From the NCBI RefSeq assembly GCF_033153115.1, contig NW_026889805.1, positions 5,332,001 through 5,396,000 of the forward strand: a stretch of 64,000 bases of DNA, given 5' to 3'. The stretch comes from Saccostrea echinata (lineage: Eukaryota). Below the pieces are notes generated by a model, which was not told the DNA's origin, searched no databases, and was given only the letters and a program-made list of their open reading frames with translations. This document shows, in pieces, positions 59,162 to 64,000 of this stretch; within the stretch, counting starts at the first letter, position 1, and every line of letters starts with the position of its first letter. A program made the translations under genes and the position numbers.

Positions 59162-62100
59162 TTACTTCCAATTTACAGGTCGGTATAACATTTTCAGGAA
59201 TTCTTTGTTGTCAACTTTAGTTATTATTTTCACATTATTTGACCTCTTTAAAATCTTTGACCAGTCGACCACCATCATTCCATACGTGTATTCACCTTTG
59301 ACCTCTACTGTTGCAAACACCTCTTTAGATTCTTTTACGATTGCCGATTCGTCAACTACCACTGCCATTGCGAATTCGTCACATGGTATGTATCGAGGCC
59401 ATTCTATTTGATTAGTTCTTATTTTTTCAAAAGGTTTCTTTTCTATACGTTTCAGGAAATCGTTAATTTTTGAGGGCGTCTTCCGTAATGAATCATAATC
59501 CCCCTGAAACAAACAACACTTGTAATTCTCTTATTATTATATGAGCACATCAATAAAATTATATGTCTGTTTTATATCCATGGTAATCGTTACCCAGGCG
59601 ACAGCGTTGTCATAGCAGACTTCCATGCCGACCACAGTGATAGGACCCCCTAGTTGTGTTAAGACAATTCTAGCAGCCTCGGGATCACAAGAGAAATTAA
59701 ACTCACTACAAACTGTTGAATTCCCTCTGCCTGAAATATATGTACATTGTAATTCAATATCTTTGACAACAAAAGGGATGATCCATTCCAATGATATGAG
59801 TCAAAAACATCTTAAAAATAACAATACATGTATTTATTTTCATTGAATATATCAAGTGCATTGTATTTACATTGAACCTGGATAGATGTGTATAGGGTAA
59901 CATTTCTACATTTTAATATATCGGATATGTTAGATAGTAACATGAAATTGGGCAAAATTTGCTACACAAGGTGATAAAACGCCAAGGACGAATGAAATAT
60001 TTTTGTTCAACAAGTTGAATACCCCTCATTTGTATGTTATAAAAAATGCGGAAAAGAACTCAAACAACCTATTAACCGTGGAAATTGTAGATCGGAAGTA
60101 AGGAAGTGTAGCTTAACGAAAACTGTTTGGAGCATAGATCAAACAATGATGTCCTCCGTTCAACCATATAAATTTCTGTTCTATGATACGTTTGTTATAC
60201 ACATTATTACAATCATGACAATGGTCGTCTGCTCAACTTAATTCTGTCTTGCAATTCAATACCCGGAAATAGATTACACATCGTAATGAATGTTGGATTA
60301 TTCACGATGTGGGATTTCCCCTAAGTTATGTTTTCGATTTAGTGCAAACAGGGAATGGCATGGATCGAAATGTTTCGACAGTCGTTTATAATTCATCTTT
60401 TAGCGCTGCTTACAGGTAAATATATTACTTTTATTCTGAGATATAAGTTCAGCATCATGATAGTTTATGAGTTTTTATAATGTTTCATCTCAGCAAGGTT
60501 TAATTTCTAAGAAATACTGTAAGGCGTGACCAGTGTTAAACGTTAGCAATCAAGCAAAAAATGGGTAAGAAGAATTGTTAAAATGTAATAAAACAAAGAG
60601 CATATAACTAGACTTCATCCTTCACTATCTTATTTTACAAGCGGCTGCGAGGTAATAAAAATCATGAGTTTCGTAATTTATAAAATCAATATCGCTATTT
60701 ACTCAATTGCTTCCTGACTTCTGACTATATCCACTAGTGTTTTGTTCCATGGGTTGTATTTTGTTGCATACAGAGTATTGAAATACTAAGTACCAAAGAT
60801 ACTCTGATTAAAATCATGTGTATTTTTGTTTTTTAATACCATTTTTTGACATTCAGACAAAGGACACTGTCGAGCACCCGATCAGGACTGAGTGGTCTTT
60901 CCATGGTGGCGGCTGATTCTCGAGAAAAACGGTAGGTATTCGGTTTAGATGCTAAATTTTCCTAGTCGGTAGCTTGCTTAAGTCAAGTGTGCGTTAAAGT
61001 TACATGTAGTAGCCAAAATCTTTCTTGTGCATATCGTTGAATCCTTTCAAAATTGTAACTTTATTTAACTATAATTGAGACACATGTACATGTATTTGAT
61101 GCTTGATTATAGTCTATTCCTAATCCTCAAACTGGAGCCGGGGCAAAGAATTCTTTCTGAGTTTGAGTCTGATCCTTAGTCAAAAAATGAGATAACTTGG
61201 AGACCGTACCTAAATTTTTTTTTCATAAATTATACCAAAAACACACAACCGCTCTAAAACAAAAACAATTTTTTTTTCTAAATTTTCATCACAATTTGGC
61301 ACTGTATTGTTCACATCTACTTTAAAAAAGTTCTCAAAGTCTAGTCATTTGTAAATAAGAGTGAACGGCATCAGACTCAAAAATTGTGAAATAAGGGACT
61401 CTTTCTACTGCAAGTCACTCTTTATTTCATTGAAAGATAAATGTTTCAGTTATTGCCGGTCCGTGTAACGTAACATATTGGCAATTTTGATAGGATTCCA
61501 CAATATGCACAAGTTAAGAAAGATTTTGGCCACTATTACTTCTAACTTTAACGCACACTAGCCTTAATCAAGGAACCGACTAGAAGACTTTAGCATCTAA
61601 ACTGGATACCTACCATTTTTCTCTCGACTCTGCCGCCATCTTGGAAAGACCACTCCTGATCGGGTACACGGCACAGAAGGAAAAAGTGTTTATGCTTGTC
61701 GATCGCAAATGCTTTCATGTGAGTAACTTGTTACATCTTGTTCTTTTTATTATAAGGTTCTTGTCATGATAAAACATGGAAGCATATCAATACTGAGTGT
61801 TTTAAGGTTATGGACAATCCAGAATTTTATGACAAAGCATATTTGTCGTGTAAAGAGGCGGGAGGGGAACTCCTATCTTCCGGAAGTAGACACGTTCTTC
61901 TGGATCTCAATATCACGTCTATTACGTGGTTAGGAAATTTACAAGAAAACGACAACACATCTGATTTCATCAGCTATTATGATAGGAAAGAACAGGGAAA
62001 CATAACATCAACAAGACAATGTCCCAGTATTGAAAGCAGCTCCTCAATTGTTACTTTCGATTGCAACAAAAGTTCAACGGTTGTGTGTCAAGCAGTGCAA

Positions 62101-64000
62101 GTCTCCTCGACTGAGAAGGACGGAAAAGGTCTGCACAGTCGCCATTATAAGTTTCTGAGACATTCCAGTAGCACATGATAAAAATTGCTTTAGGGGAGCG
62201 AGAAAAACTTAATTAAATTGCTTTATATGTTCTACTTTCAGGAATTCATTTGAAGTTGTTGGTAGCCATAATAATCTCTGGAGTCATCCTTCTCATTTTT
62301 CTTACACTTGTGATATACAGTGCGAAACATCGTCTGGATAATGAAGAAAGACAGAATTCAGAGACGGTGGTTTATGGCAAGTATACACACTTGCAACAAA
62401 TTGAAGATGTGAAGCTTAATGTTATTAATGAACAGCCAGATTTTGTGCCCAACAAAACTATTTTAAGTCAAAAACCAAAACCATCAGCAACAACAAATGG
62501 AGAAGAAGTACGGGGAGTATCAGGAGAAGAGAGTGTTCGAATAAAGAACGGGAAATATGTACAGTTCTCAGTCCCCTCTGCAGGTTCAGAACAAATGTTG
62601 AATGACAGAAACTGCTGATTTATAAGATAAAAGCCTATTCCTGCAGTTGTTATAAATACATGTACCAGTTTTTCAATGACTACATGCCCATGAAAAAAAT
62701 CCAGTCGGTTACTAGTATTTTTCACTGATTGACATTTGTTTCTTACTCTATATATTTTGTTTTATAATTTTTTGAAAAATTTTTATTTTTATATAACATC
62801 ATTATGTTTTCTTTACAACCTTTATTTGGTAAAAATAATTAATGATTTTAAACTTACCATAATAATTACCGCCCATTATTACACATTGTTGTATTGTCTG
62901 GCCCAGGGAGGGATCCAGTCTTATAGCAGTGGCTACATTTGTAAGGGGTCCCAAACACACTAGTGTCAAACTGCCTGTAAAAAATAGCAAAAATTAACTA
63001 GCTTGCTCACTGTGCTGACTTAAGTCACAATATTCTGTATGAATCTGAAGTAGGTACCGGACTTCTTCAAAAATGCTAGCAGATGTTGAACTGATTTTTT
63101 TTTTGGTGTGTGAGTCTACATTGATGACTTGATTTTACGTTTGCATTCCGTTTATCAATGATTTTTGACAGAATTACGACCTTTGGACTTGGAGCGGAAC
63201 CAGACTACACATAGTTACGGGTAGATTGATGTAATACTCCCAGAATGCTTGTTTCTTAATAGCCAATATTTAAAACCTGGAATCGCTTTGGGATTAGGAG
63301 AAATTAATTCAATCAAAATACAGATCAGTAATGTAGACAAAGAGAGTCATATATAGAATCAAAATGAGCAGAACGTCTTTTACCGAAATAAATTTGGACA
63401 GTAATAGAATTCAGAACAGGGTTCATGCCACACAAAAGCCTGATCGTTCAACAAGTTTCACCTTTTCATCCCATTCCCTAAATTCTTATTAGTCGAAAAG
63501 GTTTTCCAAATCTTACGTTCATAAAACGCTTGTGTAATGCATGATACAATGTATCTGAATGTAGTGTGGAGCTCCTCAGATTTTTCTTTAGGAAGTTGCG
63601 AGTATTTCTTAACAATCTTGTATACTAGTAGTCAACAGTAAGCAAATGATATATATTATATCATTTTAAAATTATTTTGGAATAAAGACTTTTTACCAAT
63701 ACTTAAAATATCACAATAATTGTGACTTTCACTGTATCGCGACCATTTGGGGGGGGGGGGGGGTGCAGTGTGCATGTGAAAAGAAATAATAGAAAATGTG
63801 TCACTGGAAATTATCAGTTTGACTAAAAGCGGAAGTGATAGGGACCAGAAACAAACTGTTCATCAAAGCTGCAATAATTTTCCTCGTGCAAAACACTAAT
63901 AAAATGTGGGTATCCATACCTCTGTACTCGCGGCAGATTCGCACGATGGCGGCTGAGGCAGATTCCGGATTGATCAAAGATTCGTCTACTGGTTCGGGAT
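59162..64000 (-). CDS. Nucleoside hydrolase copy 2, 5'-partial. Exons >64000-63920, 62974-62858, 59730-59594, 59503-59162
   Basis: Same exon sizes as copy 1, open frame, YIPCDEFAMA motif. Confidence 0.9.
60355..62618 (+). CDS. Type I membrane C-type-lectin-like receptor nested in hydrolase intron 3, copy 2 (intact). Exons 60355-60415, 61757-62128, 62242-62618
   Basis: Signal peptide, CTL-fold cysteine pattern, TM helix LLVAIIISGVILLIFLTLVIY in frame, and a cytoplasmic tail with YTHL and YVQF. The exon-2 donor (gtctgc) is weak. Confidence 0.78.

Larger units (their letters stand above)
53212..64000 (+). repeat. Segmental tandem duplication, copy 2 (runs off the right edge)
   Basis: Collinear with 25514-39850 apart from copy-specific insertions. 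Confidence 0.95.

Overview
AT-rich, intron-containing animal DNA. The repeat landscape (Helentron with ~166-bp satellite, Deu/Meta-type SINEs, Naiad-like Penelope, DIRS) points to an oyster-like bivalve; this is inference. From left to right: (1) the 5' half of a DIRS-type retrotransposon (1-~3010, -); (2) a complete 9-coding-exon DDX39B/UAP56 gene (-), whose introns hold a clear H/ACA snoRNA, candidate poison exons and several MITEs; (3) a large, probably secreted protein made of a ~1470-aa Lys/His- then Gln/Asn-rich low-complexity exon spliced in frame to a BRICHOS-like domain and a 6-Cys lustrin-type module; (4) a nucleoside hydrolase gene (-) with a C-type-lectin-like receptor gene nested antisense in intron 3; (5) a truncated, frameshifted SLC27/FATP gene. 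A ~27.7-kb tandem duplication (25514 restarts at 53212, with a tyrosine-recombinase retroelement remnant at the junction) gives second copies of the BRICHOS exons, hydrolase and lectin. The copies differ at functionally pointed sites: hydrolase active-site Cys vs Phe, and membrane-anchored vs TM-less lectin. All exon models were derived by hand from GT-AG sites and reading-frame continuity; no database searches were run.
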